DNA from: Sulfolobales archaeon
Lineage (GTDB): Archaea; Thermoproteota; Thermoprotei_A; Sulfolobales; NBVN01
Length of the DNA stretch: 33,286 nt
NCBI GenBank assembly: GCA_038841535.1
Contig: JAWBTQ010000015.1
Location: forward strand, 1-33,286
Direction of reading: 5' to 3'
Shown here: positions 1 to 7,755 of the stretch, piece by piece
How positions within the stretch are numbered: the first letter of the stretch is position 1
Layout of the letters: the number at the start of each line of letters is the position of its first letter
The notes under the pieces: model-generated
Seen by the model: the letters and a program-made list of their open reading frames with translations, nothing else
The model's database searches: none
Told to the model about the DNA's origin: nothing
Made by a program: the position numbers and the translations under genes

Positions 1-1063
1 TGCCGAGAGAACACGTAACCCCTTTAGGTACGTTTAAGACGTTCAGGGAAACAGCTTGAGGGGGTTCTCCCTCACTTAGTACCACTAATCCCACCACAGT
101 AGAGCCACTCTTGTACACTAGGATCGTACTGGGCTCTACTCGCATGCTGAAATCGAAGGGCTTTACCTCTCTAAAGTTCGCTCTCAGGCTTATCTGACCG
201 CACACAAAGAGTTCCGTCGGATTACTATACCTCTCGTACGTTGAGCACTCTGCGGAAACGTGAGTCCACTCCTCAAACGCGTATCCGCGCTCCGGGATAG
301 CCGTTAAAAGCATACGTGAACTGTTGTCCACCCAGTACTCACCCGGAGGGGGGTCGGTTGAACCACTACCCCTACCGACCCACACATAGACTCTGTACTC
401 GACATGATACGACCCGCTCAAGACACCCGGACCTACTACCGTCAGGTTATAGCATCCGGCACCGTGGTAGGCGTACCTCTTGTAGCCGGTTGCCTGCAGG
501 AACTCCTCGAAGCAGCATAAGTGCTGAGAGCCCTCGTCCCACCAGAACGAAGACGGGAGCGACCCTAGGTCTATGAATACTCCGTCAACAGATACTGGAG
601 CTCGGGGGAAAGCTACGTCAGGTCCTATCCCCTCGGCACTGACGATCCATAGGTACTGCGCTATGTACTCTGCTAGGACAGTACCTCCACCTACAGGTAC
701 GAAGAGGACTCCACCCATTCCTGACACGAGACCGCTCGTCGACCTCCAGGCATAGCGCTTGTCGTAGGTAACGGATGGAACGTACTCCGCCCACTGGTAC
801 GAGTGCATCGAGCCAGTAGTCCAACTAAAGCTCGCGGGTAGGTCTGCGACACGGTAAACTACTCCATCAACTGTGAGGATAACGGCATCAGGTGAGAAGT
901 CCCCACCGATCCCGGTAACCGAGAAAGTCACAGTAGTAACCTCATGCTGAGCTACTGGAAAGCATCCGCATGCATAAGCCAGTAGCGTAGTGAGTAGCAA
1001 GAGGGAGTAGGACGGTGGGCTATGTACCAGAGTCTGAGCTATTGGCAAGTCAAGCCGCCTCAC
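1..1063 (-). CDS. Secreted/cell-surface protein with repeated beta-rich domains (3' end runs off the window)
   Basis: Not in the ORF track. Manual translation from GTG at 1063 is open to position 2 (354 codons). Hydrophobic N-terminal stretch (SLLLLTTLLAYACG), two similar units (TFSVTGIGGDF..VDG..LPASFSW..GS.H and WIVSAEGIGPDV..VDG..LPSSFWW..GS.H), then GSGSTDPPPGEYWV..LTAIPERGYAFEEW resembling divergent InlB B-repeat domains. TATATAA on the minus strand at 1084-1090. Exact start uncertain. Confidence 0.8.
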   Translation of the reverse strand, partial: MRRLDLPIAQTLVHSPPSYSLLLLTTLLAYACGCFPVAQHEVTTVTFSVTGIGGDFSPDAVILTVDGVVYRVADLPASFSWTTGSMHSYQWAEYVPSVTYDKRYAWRSTSGLVSGMGGVLFVPVGGGTVLAEYIAQYLWIVSAEGIGPDVAFPRAPVSVDGVFIDLGSLPSSFWWDEGSQHLCCFEEFLQATGYKRYAYHGAGCYNLTVVGPGVLSGSYHVEYRVYVWVGRGSGSTDPPPGEYWVDNSSRMLLTAIPERGYAFEEWTHVSAECSTYERYSNPTELFVCGQISLRANFREVKPFDFSMRVEPSTILVYKSGSTVVGLVVLSEGEPPQAVSLNVLNVPKGVTCSLG

Positions 1064-1300
1064 CCAGTGTAGGGCTAGAGCCCTTATATAGATACACCTA
1101 GTACGCAGCAACTAGCTCGAGCCGGTATAGCTGGAATCCTGGACATTGGGATGAACCTGCTCTGAGCACTAGAATGCGCCTCAGATCTCAGGACCGACAG
1201 CTCGATAGATCTTAGTCGAATCGGGCTTCGAACACGCGAGAGTAAGAGATCGATAGATGTAAAAAGCCTGTTTGCGAGTCTGTGTTGCTACGGTAGTGAA

Positions 1301-1600
1301 TTAGTTGACTATCGAGTGCTGAAACATTATCCCAATACTGTTTAATGCCTGCCTCAAGGACATAGGCCCTCCCACAGTAATAACTCTAACAAACCAAAAC
1401 CTACTAAAGCTCTTAGTAAGCCTAATACCTACCTCAGGAAACCTCCTGCGGGTACACAGTAAGTATAGAAAATTCATTAAGCCTCGAAACTGCTGTAGCG
1501 ATAGCGTTATCAGTAGCCTACCTAGACCTACATTGAGCAGAGGGTCTAGGGTGAAGTTTAGTGACGTTGAATCATCCACCTATGCGAGACGTATTCACGC
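1301..1600 (-). pseudogene. Possible decayed IS6-family transposase fragment
   Basis: Translation LYLLCTRRR..RVITVGGPMSLRQALNSIGIMFQH loosely resembles the archaeal IS6 DDE segment (..IVDGGPWY..AL..LGI..EH). The catalytic Asp is absent and no terminal repeats were found. Confidence 0.28.
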
Positions 1601-1893
1601 CTAGAACGCCATCTTTTGAAAGGCTGGTAGTGCGAGGATTCTGTAAAGCGGTCCGTATATGGTCATGGACTTGTATCGTTGGAAGCCCCTCTCGCTGGGT
1701 AGCAGTGGTGATCTCATATAAAGTCACTATATTGGAGTAAGCCATAAGCGTACCTACTCCTCAAGGAGGTGGGAGGCAGTCGGGTCACTTATGGTTTGTA
1801 GCGAGCTACTTTACTCCTCTCATTATTCGGTTAGTTAGTGAGCTGGAGAGTAAGCATTTTTGCTTAGACTTCTGTTAGTGGTTGGTGCTATCT

Positions 1894-2082
1894 ATGCCTT
1901 TAGTGGAAGTAACTATGTGGGCTGGTGTTCGTTTAGAGGTTAAGAAGAGGCTGGCTGAGGGTATAACCGAGGTCTTCGAGGAGCTCGGGATCCCTAGGGA
2001 AGCGGTTACGGTTGTGATAAGGGAGGTACCTAAGGAGAACTGGGCTACTGGGGGTCAGCTCCACTCAGAGAGGTTTAAGTAG
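1894..2082 (+). CDS. 4-oxalocrotonate tautomerase family protein
   Basis: ATG at 1894, 5 nt after GGTGC, gives M-P-L-V-E-V with the catalytic Pro1 and the family pattern KKRLAEGITEVF..AVTVVIREVPKENWATGG; 62 aa. The TTG at 1882 in the ORF track would mask Pro1. Confidence 0.92.
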   Translation: MPLVEVTMWAGVRLEVKKRLAEGITEVFEELGIPREAVTVVIREVPKENWATGGQLHSERFK

Positions 2083-2118
2083 CTACTCTCCGGGTGTGGT
2101 GGTACTATAGTTAGAGCT

Positions 2119-3159
2119 GTGAGTAGTGGGTCCCTTAAGGGAGTGTTGAGGAGGGTCTTCGAGGCTCTCGGAGTGCCCAGTAGGTTCGCTGAGGTAACGG
2201 CGGACGCCTTAGTTTATGCTAACTTAAGGTGTATAGACTCCCACGGTGTTTCGAGGGGGCTGGACTACGTTGCCGGGATTAAGCTGGGTGAGATAAACCC
2301 GAGGCCAGTCATTAGGGTAGTTCGGGAGACCGGTAGCTCGGTAATGCTGGATGGTGACGGAGGTCTAGGTCCTCCAGTGGCGAGCGAGCTCGTTGAGAGA
2401 GTTATCGAGAAGGTAAGTGCGGTGGGTATAGCTATCGGTGCTGCTAGAAACCTCCGGGACGTTGGTGCTCTAGGGTACTACGTGAGTAAGGTCACTAAGG
2501 CGGGCTATATAGGTGTGGCTGTAGCTAACGCTAAAGCGAGAGTTTCTGTACCGGGAGTCTCCTCACCTATAGTTGGTACGAACCCCATAGCTGTCGGAAT
2601 TCCGTCTAGAAAGAGAACGGTCCTGCTGGACATGGCTCTCTCTGCTGCTTCATACGGGAAGATACTCTCTCACGCTGCAAGAGGAGAGAGGATACCCGAG
2701 GGGTGGGCTCTCAACAAGTACGGGAAGCCTACTACTTCACCGAAGGAAGCTGCCGAAGGGTACCTACTCCCCATCGGGGGCTACAAAGGTCTAGCTCTAG
2801 CAATGATAGTCGATATACTCACCGGGCCCGTGATCGGGGGGCCGGTCAGTCTAGAGATAACCGGCAGGGGCCCGTACACCCAAGGAGGCCTACTAGTTCT
2901 AGCCATAGACCCAGCCCTCTTCAGAAAGCCCGAGGAAGTAGAGAAAGACATCGAAAACTACGCCAAGCTAGTGAATTCCATCCCGAGAGACCCGAACACA
3001 GAGGTGGTAGTACCCGGAGAAAAAGCCACTAAATGCGCAGAAGAGAGATCACAGCACGGCATCCCACTAGACGACGCAACCTTTAGCAGGCTAACCAATG
3101 TCGCAGAAGAGCTGGGTGTTAGCGTTACTGAGCTAACATCACCTAGTCCGAAGGTTTGA
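2119..3159 (+). CDS. Ldh_2 family NAD(P)-dependent oxidoreductase (ComC/AllD/YiaK/DpkA-like)
   Basis: Motifs DSHG, LDGDGGLG, GTNPIA, LDMA.S, IPEGWA, LLPIGGYKG.AL, PGE. The true start may be slightly upstream (ATA at 2107). Confidence 0.9.
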   Translation: MSSGSLKGVLRRVFEALGVPSRFAEVTADALVYANLRCIDSHGVSRGLDYVAGIKLGEINPRPVIRVVRETGSSVMLDGDGGLGPPVASELVERVIEKVSAVGIAIGAARNLRDVGALGYYVSKVTKAGYIGVAVANAKARVSVPGVSSPIVGTNPIAVGIPSRKRTVLLDMALSAASYGKILSHAARGERIPEGWALNKYGKPTTSPKEAAEGYLLPIGGYKGLALAMIVDILTGPVIGGPVSLEITGRGPYTQGGLLVLAIDPALFRKPEEVEKDIENYAKLVNSIPRDPNTEVVVPGEKATKCAEERSQHGIPLDDATFSRLTNVAEELGVSVTELTSPSPKV

Positions 3160-3487
3160 GTGTTTCCCATGCTTCGGACGACTTAAAAAGCATTCGTTTT
3201 TCATGAACTGGTCAATGAGTCTGCGAGTTCAAGAACTTCACCGTCTCGGGATAGGCTAAGAAGACAGTAGTAGGCTACTCCAGATGACACACAGAGGGTT
3301 CAAGTACTTGTTTAAGGTGTCCTCAGAGAAACGAGCTGTGAGGCAGACTTAGGGCAGAAAACGATTACGAGACCGCCATACTTAACAAGTTCAGATTCTT
3401 TAAATTCCCCATAATTTAGATCCTTTACCCTCTCGGGGTTGGAACCTGTAATACCTAGGACTGAATATACATACACACACCTTATTT

Positions 3488-4186
3488 TTACCATCTCACA
3501 TAGCTGTAGGCTCTTAGATATGCTTCTGCTAGTTTCCTTACCGCTTTTCTAAGGTGTTCTGCCGCAGTTGCTTTAGAGATACCCAAAATGCTGGCAAGCT
3601 CTTCCAACCTGACTCCTCTAGGCCACTCAAAGAATCCCTCTTCGTACGCTACACGTAGGACCCGGAACTCGTACTCAGTTAGAGTGGGAATAGCCAACAG
3701 GTCTTCAGTATCTGGAGAAGCTCTAGAAACTTTAGCGTCAACACTGCACGGTGAGAACTCCCTTACGTATTTGAGGAGCTTTAACTCGCTCCCGCATGGG
3801 ATAAAAACTGGAAAGTGCTTAAACCCCATTTCCACAGTCACTGGCCCCAGCCTCATACCTCCCACTTTGTGTATAGCCTTTAGCACGCCATAGTTTCTCT
3901 TAATGAGCAGTATTGTCTGCGGTACCCCCGGAATCTTTAGGGTCTCCACATTCCTAACGTCCTTGTAGCTCTTACTGAAATCATGGAACTGTGCAATGAT
4001 TTCTCTCTTGGATGGCATTATTTGAAGAGCTACGTAGCTATAGCCGTCTACTAGATCTAGCTGCGGCATAAAGAGAGTTAACTGGTACTTGAGAGAGAAG
4101 TCTGTAAGAACATCACCGTAATGAGCTACTTTGATTACTGCAAAGTTCATAGCTCTTCTATTAGCTAATATACTCATAGACCCCAT
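3488..4186 (-). CDS. Transcriptional regulator with C-terminal HTH_10 (bacterio-opsin activator-type) domain
   Basis: C-terminal LTEYEFRVLRVAYEEGFFEWPRGVRLEELASILGISKATAAEHLRKAVRKL is the HTH_10 signature; divergent from the lyase operon. Confidence 0.92.
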   Translation of the reverse strand: MGSMSILANRRAMNFAVIKVAHYGDVLTDFSLKYQLTLFMPQLDLVDGYSYVALQIMPSKREIIAQFHDFSKSYKDVRNVETLKIPGVPQTILLIKRNYGVLKAIHKVGGMRLGPVTVEMGFKHFPVFIPCGSELKLLKYVREFSPCSVDAKVSRASPDTEDLLAIPTLTEYEFRVLRVAYEEGFFEWPRGVRLEELASILGISKATAAEHLRKAVRKLAEAYLRAYSYVRW

Positions 4187-4232
4187 AACCTTTAGACTAG
4201 TTAGCTAATATAGCCTAGGTCACTCTTTTGGG

Positions 4233-4260
4233 AAACATGTTAGGTCGCATCCTTAATATT
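4233..4260 (+). promoter_or_regulatory. Candidate activator box (AAACATGTTAGG) plus TATA box of the lyase-hydratase operon
   Basis: Palindrome AACATGTT at 4234-4241; CTTAATATT at 4252-4260; GTG start at 4290. A related box occurs at 7486-7497. Confidence 0.6.
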
Positions 4261-4289
4261 ACTACCTTGAACGTCTGGAGGGAATTCAC

Positions 4290-5207
4290 GTGAAGAAGTC
4301 GGCTGTGTTTAGGAAGATGCTTAGTGAACCTGGAGTAATAGTCATGCCGGGAGCCTACGACGCCCTAAGCGCTAAAATAGCGGAAATTGTGGGGTTTAAG
4401 GCAGTGATCCACACAGGTTACGGTACTGCAGCATCTCTATTGGGCTTACCTGACATAGGCTTAGTTAGCTTTAGTGAAATGGTGTATAGAGTCGCCTCAA
4501 TAGCTAGAGCCGTTAAGATACCCGTTATCGGTGACGCCGATACCGGCTACGGAAACGCTATTAACGTCTACAGAACCGTTAAAGAGTACATCTGGGCCGG
4601 TGCGGCCGGACTGTTCATAGAAGACCAGGTCTGGCCCAAGAGGTGCGGCCACATGTTTGGAAAAATGATAATAGATAAAGAGGAGATGGTCGGCAAGGTA
4701 GCGGCTGCCAGCGATGCTAGAAAAGAAGAGGACCCGGACTTCGTTATTGGTGCCCGAACAGACGCTATAGCGGTCGCCGGAATAGATGAAGCTATCGAGA
4801 GGGCCGGGCTCTACAGAAAGGCAGGTGCTGACTTCATATTCATTGAAGCGTTCGAGAACGTGGAGCAGATGGAGAGAGCTGTAAAAGAAGTTAAAGCCCC
4901 CCTAATGCTAAACCTAATCGAGGGCGGTCGAACTCCTCTAGTTTCGGTAAGCGAGGCAGAGAGGCTGGGGTTCAAGATAGTCATATTCCCGCTGACAGCT
5001 CTGTACGCAGCAACTAAAGCTATGATAGAGACTCTCTCGATTTTAAGGGAAAAAGGGTCTGCCCAGACGTATCTAGATAGGCTAATAACTTTCCCCGAGT
5101 TCGCTAAAATAGTCGAAGTCGGTAGGTTCAGAGAGATGGAGGACAAGTATCTACCCGAGAGAATGCTCGAGCTAATGTATGGAAAGGGACCGCGGAGGGT
5201 TGTGTGA
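4290..5207 (+). CDS. Isocitrate lyase/PEP mutase superfamily C-C lyase (2,3-dimethylmalate lyase / 2-methylisocitrate lyase-like)
   Basis: PGAYDALSA, TGYGTAAS.LGLPD.G, DADTGYG, IEDQ.WPKRCGH, ARTDA, GAD.IF.E motifs. Confidence 0.92.
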   Translation: MKKSAVFRKMLSEPGVIVMPGAYDALSAKIAEIVGFKAVIHTGYGTAASLLGLPDIGLVSFSEMVYRVASIARAVKIPVIGDADTGYGNAINVYRTVKEYIWAGAAGLFIEDQVWPKRCGHMFGKMIIDKEEMVGKVAAASDARKEEDPDFVIGARTDAIAVAGIDEAIERAGLYRKAGADFIFIEAFENVEQMERAVKEVKAPLMLNLIEGGRTPLVSVSEAERLGFKIVIFPLTALYAATKAMIETLSILREKGSAQTYLDRLITFPEFAKIVEVGRFREMEDKYLPERMLELMYGKGPRRVV

Positions 5208-5211
5208 GACC

Positions 5212-6498
5212 GTGGCAGGGCGTGTTGAGGATTCATCTCTGACCTCGAGGATCCTCGCAAGAGCCTCCGGTAGGAAGAAAGTTGAAGTAGGTGAAACCGT
5301 ATTAGCAAGAGTAGATAAGGTAGTAATACACGACGTAACAGGCCCCATAGCTCTCGACGTAGTGGAGGAGCTCAAGACCAGGGTGCCTGACCCCGAAAGG
5401 ATCTTCGTGTTTCTAGACCACTACAGTCCATCCCCATCGATCCCGGCCTCCAACATCCACAGGAGGTTTAGAGCCTTCATTAGAGAGAGCGGTATTAGAA
5501 ACTTCTTTGACGTAGGAGAGGGAGTATGCCACCAGGTGATGGTCGAGGGTCTCGTCAAGCCTGGGGAGGTGATCGTGGGAGCTGACTCCCACACGACTAC
5601 TTACGGTGCTCTATCGGCATTCGCTACGGGTATAGGTTCTTCTGAAGCAGCCTATGCCATGCTCACCGGCAAGCTCTGGTTTAAGGTACCGGAGCCTCTA
5701 TACGTCAAGGTTATTGGAGCTATGCCGGAGTATGCGTGCGGAAAGGACGTTATACTGAGCCTACTCGGAGTTCTGGGTCAGGAGGGGGCCAACTACAAGG
5801 CATTAGAGTTTATAGGTCCGGGGCTGAAGTCTTTAAGCATGAGCGACAGGCTGACTATAGCTAATATGAGCGTCGAAGCTGGAGCTAAAAACGCTATTTT
5901 CCCCCTGGATGACGTTACCCTGCAGTACGTGAGAAGCTTTGGGCTGTCTATAGACTTGAGCAAGCTTGACTACCTCAAGCCTTTTAAGGTCGAAAACCCG
6001 CATTATGAAGTAGATTTAAGCACGCTAGAACCCATGGTGGCTAAGCCCCACAGCCCGGCGAACGTTGCTAAAGTGGGAGACGTTGAGGGCACAAGAATCG
6101 ATATGGCCTTTATAGGGTCGTGCACTAACGGAAGATACGAAGACCTATCCATCGCAGCGAGGATACTCAAGGGGAGAAGGGTCTCTAGAGACGTTAGACT
6201 CCTGATTACCCCCGCGTCGAAGAGAGTCTTCATGAAAGCTCTTGAGGAGGGGCTCATACAGATCCTGGCAGAGGCGGGTGCCATCATAACTCCACCGGGT
6301 TGTGGTGCGTGCTTTGGGGCAAACCTCGGCGTAGCTGGCGATGACGAGGTCGTTATCTCAAGCTCTAACAGGAACTTCGTGGGGAGGATGGGCTCACCTA
6401 AAGCTAGGGTGTACTTATCTTCACCAGCCACAGTAGCCGCCTCAGCTTTGACGGGTCACATAACCGACCCTAGATTTTTCTTGAGGGTGGGAGCATGA
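5212..6498 (+). CDS. leuC: LeuC/HacA/DmdA-type [4Fe-4S] hydratase large subunit (3-isopropylmalate dehydratase family)
   Basis: HD.TGP, DH, GVCHQV, GADSHTTTYGA, FIGSCTNGR, PGCGACFG, SSSNRNF.GRMG. Start placed at GTG 5212 just after the lyase stop (ORF track starts at 5179). The symbol denotes the family, not a proven leucine role. Confidence 0.92.
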   Translation: MAGRVEDSSLTSRILARASGRKKVEVGETVLARVDKVVIHDVTGPIALDVVEELKTRVPDPERIFVFLDHYSPSPSIPASNIHRRFRAFIRESGIRNFFDVGEGVCHQVMVEGLVKPGEVIVGADSHTTTYGALSAFATGIGSSEAAYAMLTGKLWFKVPEPLYVKVIGAMPEYACGKDVILSLLGVLGQEGANYKALEFIGPGLKSLSMSDRLTIANMSVEAGAKNAIFPLDDVTLQYVRSFGLSIDLSKLDYLKPFKVENPHYEVDLSTLEPMVAKPHSPANVAKVGDVEGTRIDMAFIGSCTNGRYEDLSIAARILKGRRVSRDVRLLITPASKRVFMKALEEGLIQILAEAGAIITPPGCGACFGANLGVAGDDEVVISSSNRNFVGRMGSPKARVYLSSPATVAASALTGHITDPRFFLRVGA

Positions 6499-6995
6499 GC
6501 TTAAGAAGGGTGGAGGGTAAGGTGTTAGTTGTAGGGGATAACGTAGATACCGACGTCATAATTCCAGGTCGCTACCTAACTCTAACCGACCCAGCTGAGC
6601 TGGGAAAGCACGCGCTGGAGGGTTTAGACCCAAGCATGCCTGCCAAGTTGAGAGAGAAGAACATAGTTGTAGCGGGAAAGAACTTCGGATGTGGTTCCAG
6701 TAGAGAGCACGCGGTTCTAGCTCTAGTCGGAGCCGGAGTGAAGGTCGTCGTCGCAGAATCCTTTGCGAGGATCTTCTATAGAAACGCTATTAACAGAGGG
6801 CTCTTAGTAGTAGAAGCACCCGGCATTAGGCAGAAGGTCTCCGAAGGCGATAGGGTAGTAGTCGACTTCGAGAGAAACGTTATAGAGCTACTGTCGGGGG
6901 AGCTCGTATCATTCAAACCCATAGCGAAGGAGGTTCTGGAGATTATAGAGGCTGGAGGGCTTATAGAGAAGCTTAAGAAGGAGCTACAGAAATGA
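6495..6995 (+). CDS. leuD: LeuD/HacB/DmdB-type hydratase small subunit
   Basis: GDNVDTDVIIPGRYL, GKNFGCGSSREHA, SFARIFYRNAINRGL; ATGA overlap with the large subunit. Confidence 0.93.
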   Translation: MSLRRVEGKVLVVGDNVDTDVIIPGRYLTLTDPAELGKHALEGLDPSMPAKLREKNIVVAGKNFGCGSSREHAVLALVGAGVKVVVAESFARIFYRNAINRGLLVVEAPGIRQKVSEGDRVVVDFERNVIELLSGELVSFKPIAKEVLEIIEAGGLIEKLKKELQK

Positions 6996-7375
6996 AGTAC
7001 GACAGCAGGCTTAGAGCCCTCGATGAGCTACTCCAAGAGGTAGGAAGATACTGCCACCCGGATGCTCCGATAGAGTACATCGTGATATCTAGGAACGCGT
7101 TCCTCCACCGCAACTACAAGAGCGAGATTATGAGGAAACTTTATGACCCCTCTAAGGCAGGTGTTAAAGTCTCCTTGAAGCTTGAAGTGAATGGTAGAGA
7201 AGTAGAGCTGGTTAAAGACCCGGTCCTGAGCGGCAGGCTTGAAGTAGTTGTTAAGAGGAGGCCGCGGGACGACACACTAACCTTTAAAGAGGTCGTGTCG
7301 ATTCTTCAGAGTATCGAGGCGCTACTTGAAGAGGAGGTGGAGTGGGGAAACCCGTTCCCCAGAGGCTCTTGCTAG
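6992..7375 (+). CDS. Hypothetical protein translationally coupled to the small subunit
   Basis: 127-aa ORF, ATGA overlap with leuD-like stop, codon and amino-acid usage like neighbours; no motif recognised. Confidence 0.7.
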   Translation: MKYDSRLRALDELLQEVGRYCHPDAPIEYIVISRNAFLHRNYKSEIMRKLYDPSKAGVKVSLKLEVNGREVELVKDPVLSGRLEVVVKRRPRDDTLTFKEVVSILQSIEALLEEEVEWGNPFPRGSC

Positions 7376-7480
7376 CTCAACTTAGACTTTTTAGGGGGAC
7401 CCGAAGCTGGCTAGCTCATATGCTCGATGTACTTCTTAATGCTCCCTAACCGTTCCCGTTGATAGGTGCTGTAGAAGAGC

Positions 7481-7511
7481 GACCCAAACCAGTTAGGGTC
7501 TAGCTTTTTAT
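7481..7511 (+). promoter_or_regulatory. 20-bp imperfect palindrome plus TATA-like box upstream of the symporter operon
   Basis: GACCCAAACCAGTTAGGGTC (7481-7500, one mismatch in 9-bp arms), TTTTTAT at 7505-7511, ATG at 7543. Confidence 0.6.
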
Positions 7512-7542
7512 CCGCTGATACTTCTCCTCCTTAGGAGTTAGT

Positions 7543-7755
7543 ATGGGTAAGACCCCTACTAAAGAGCCAGCTAAAAACCCACTATTTTGGATTCTCTGGC
7601 TACTGATAATAGCTGTCAGCGTTCCATGGTACTTCCCATCGAAAACTTATGAACCCATTGTGGCAGGCCTCCCTCTGTGGGCTCTAGTGGTACTCGTAAC
7701 AATAGTGCTCTACGCTGTCTTCGCGACCCTGAGTGCCTATATGTTCTGGAGGTGA
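7543..7755 (+). CDS. Small two-helix membrane protein, typical accessory partner of sodium:solute symporters
   Basis: 70 aa, two hydrophobic segments, P.W..P...P...GLPLW pattern; stop overlaps the symporter start region. Confidence 0.85.
   Translation: MGKTPTKEPAKNPLFWILWLLIIAVSVPWYFPSKTYEPIVAGLPLWALVVLVTIVLYAVFATLSAYMFWR

Noticed and set aside
316-824. Short ORFs 316-576, 573-755 and 618-824 in the ORF track
   Set aside because: Shadows of the long minus-strand surface-protein frame.
1753-1781. CCTACTCCTCAAGGAGGTGGGAGGCAGTC, reminiscent of an IS605-type right-end hairpin
   Set aside because: Imperfect stem, single copy, no adjacent tnpB similarity seen.
1851-1866. Palindrome TAAGCA-TTTT-TGCTTA upstream of the tautomerase
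   Set aside because: Does not match the AAAC-NN-GTTAGG box and occurs once, so it is no evidence of co-regulation.
3312-3494. 60-aa minus ORF overlapping the regulator stop
   Set aside because: No recognisable motif; cannot be distinguished from a chance ORF.
5212-6995. Interpretation as a leucine biosynthesis operon
   Set aside because: No leuA, leuB or ilv genes nearby; context is a lyase, regulator and importer. Not excluded without the rest of the genome.
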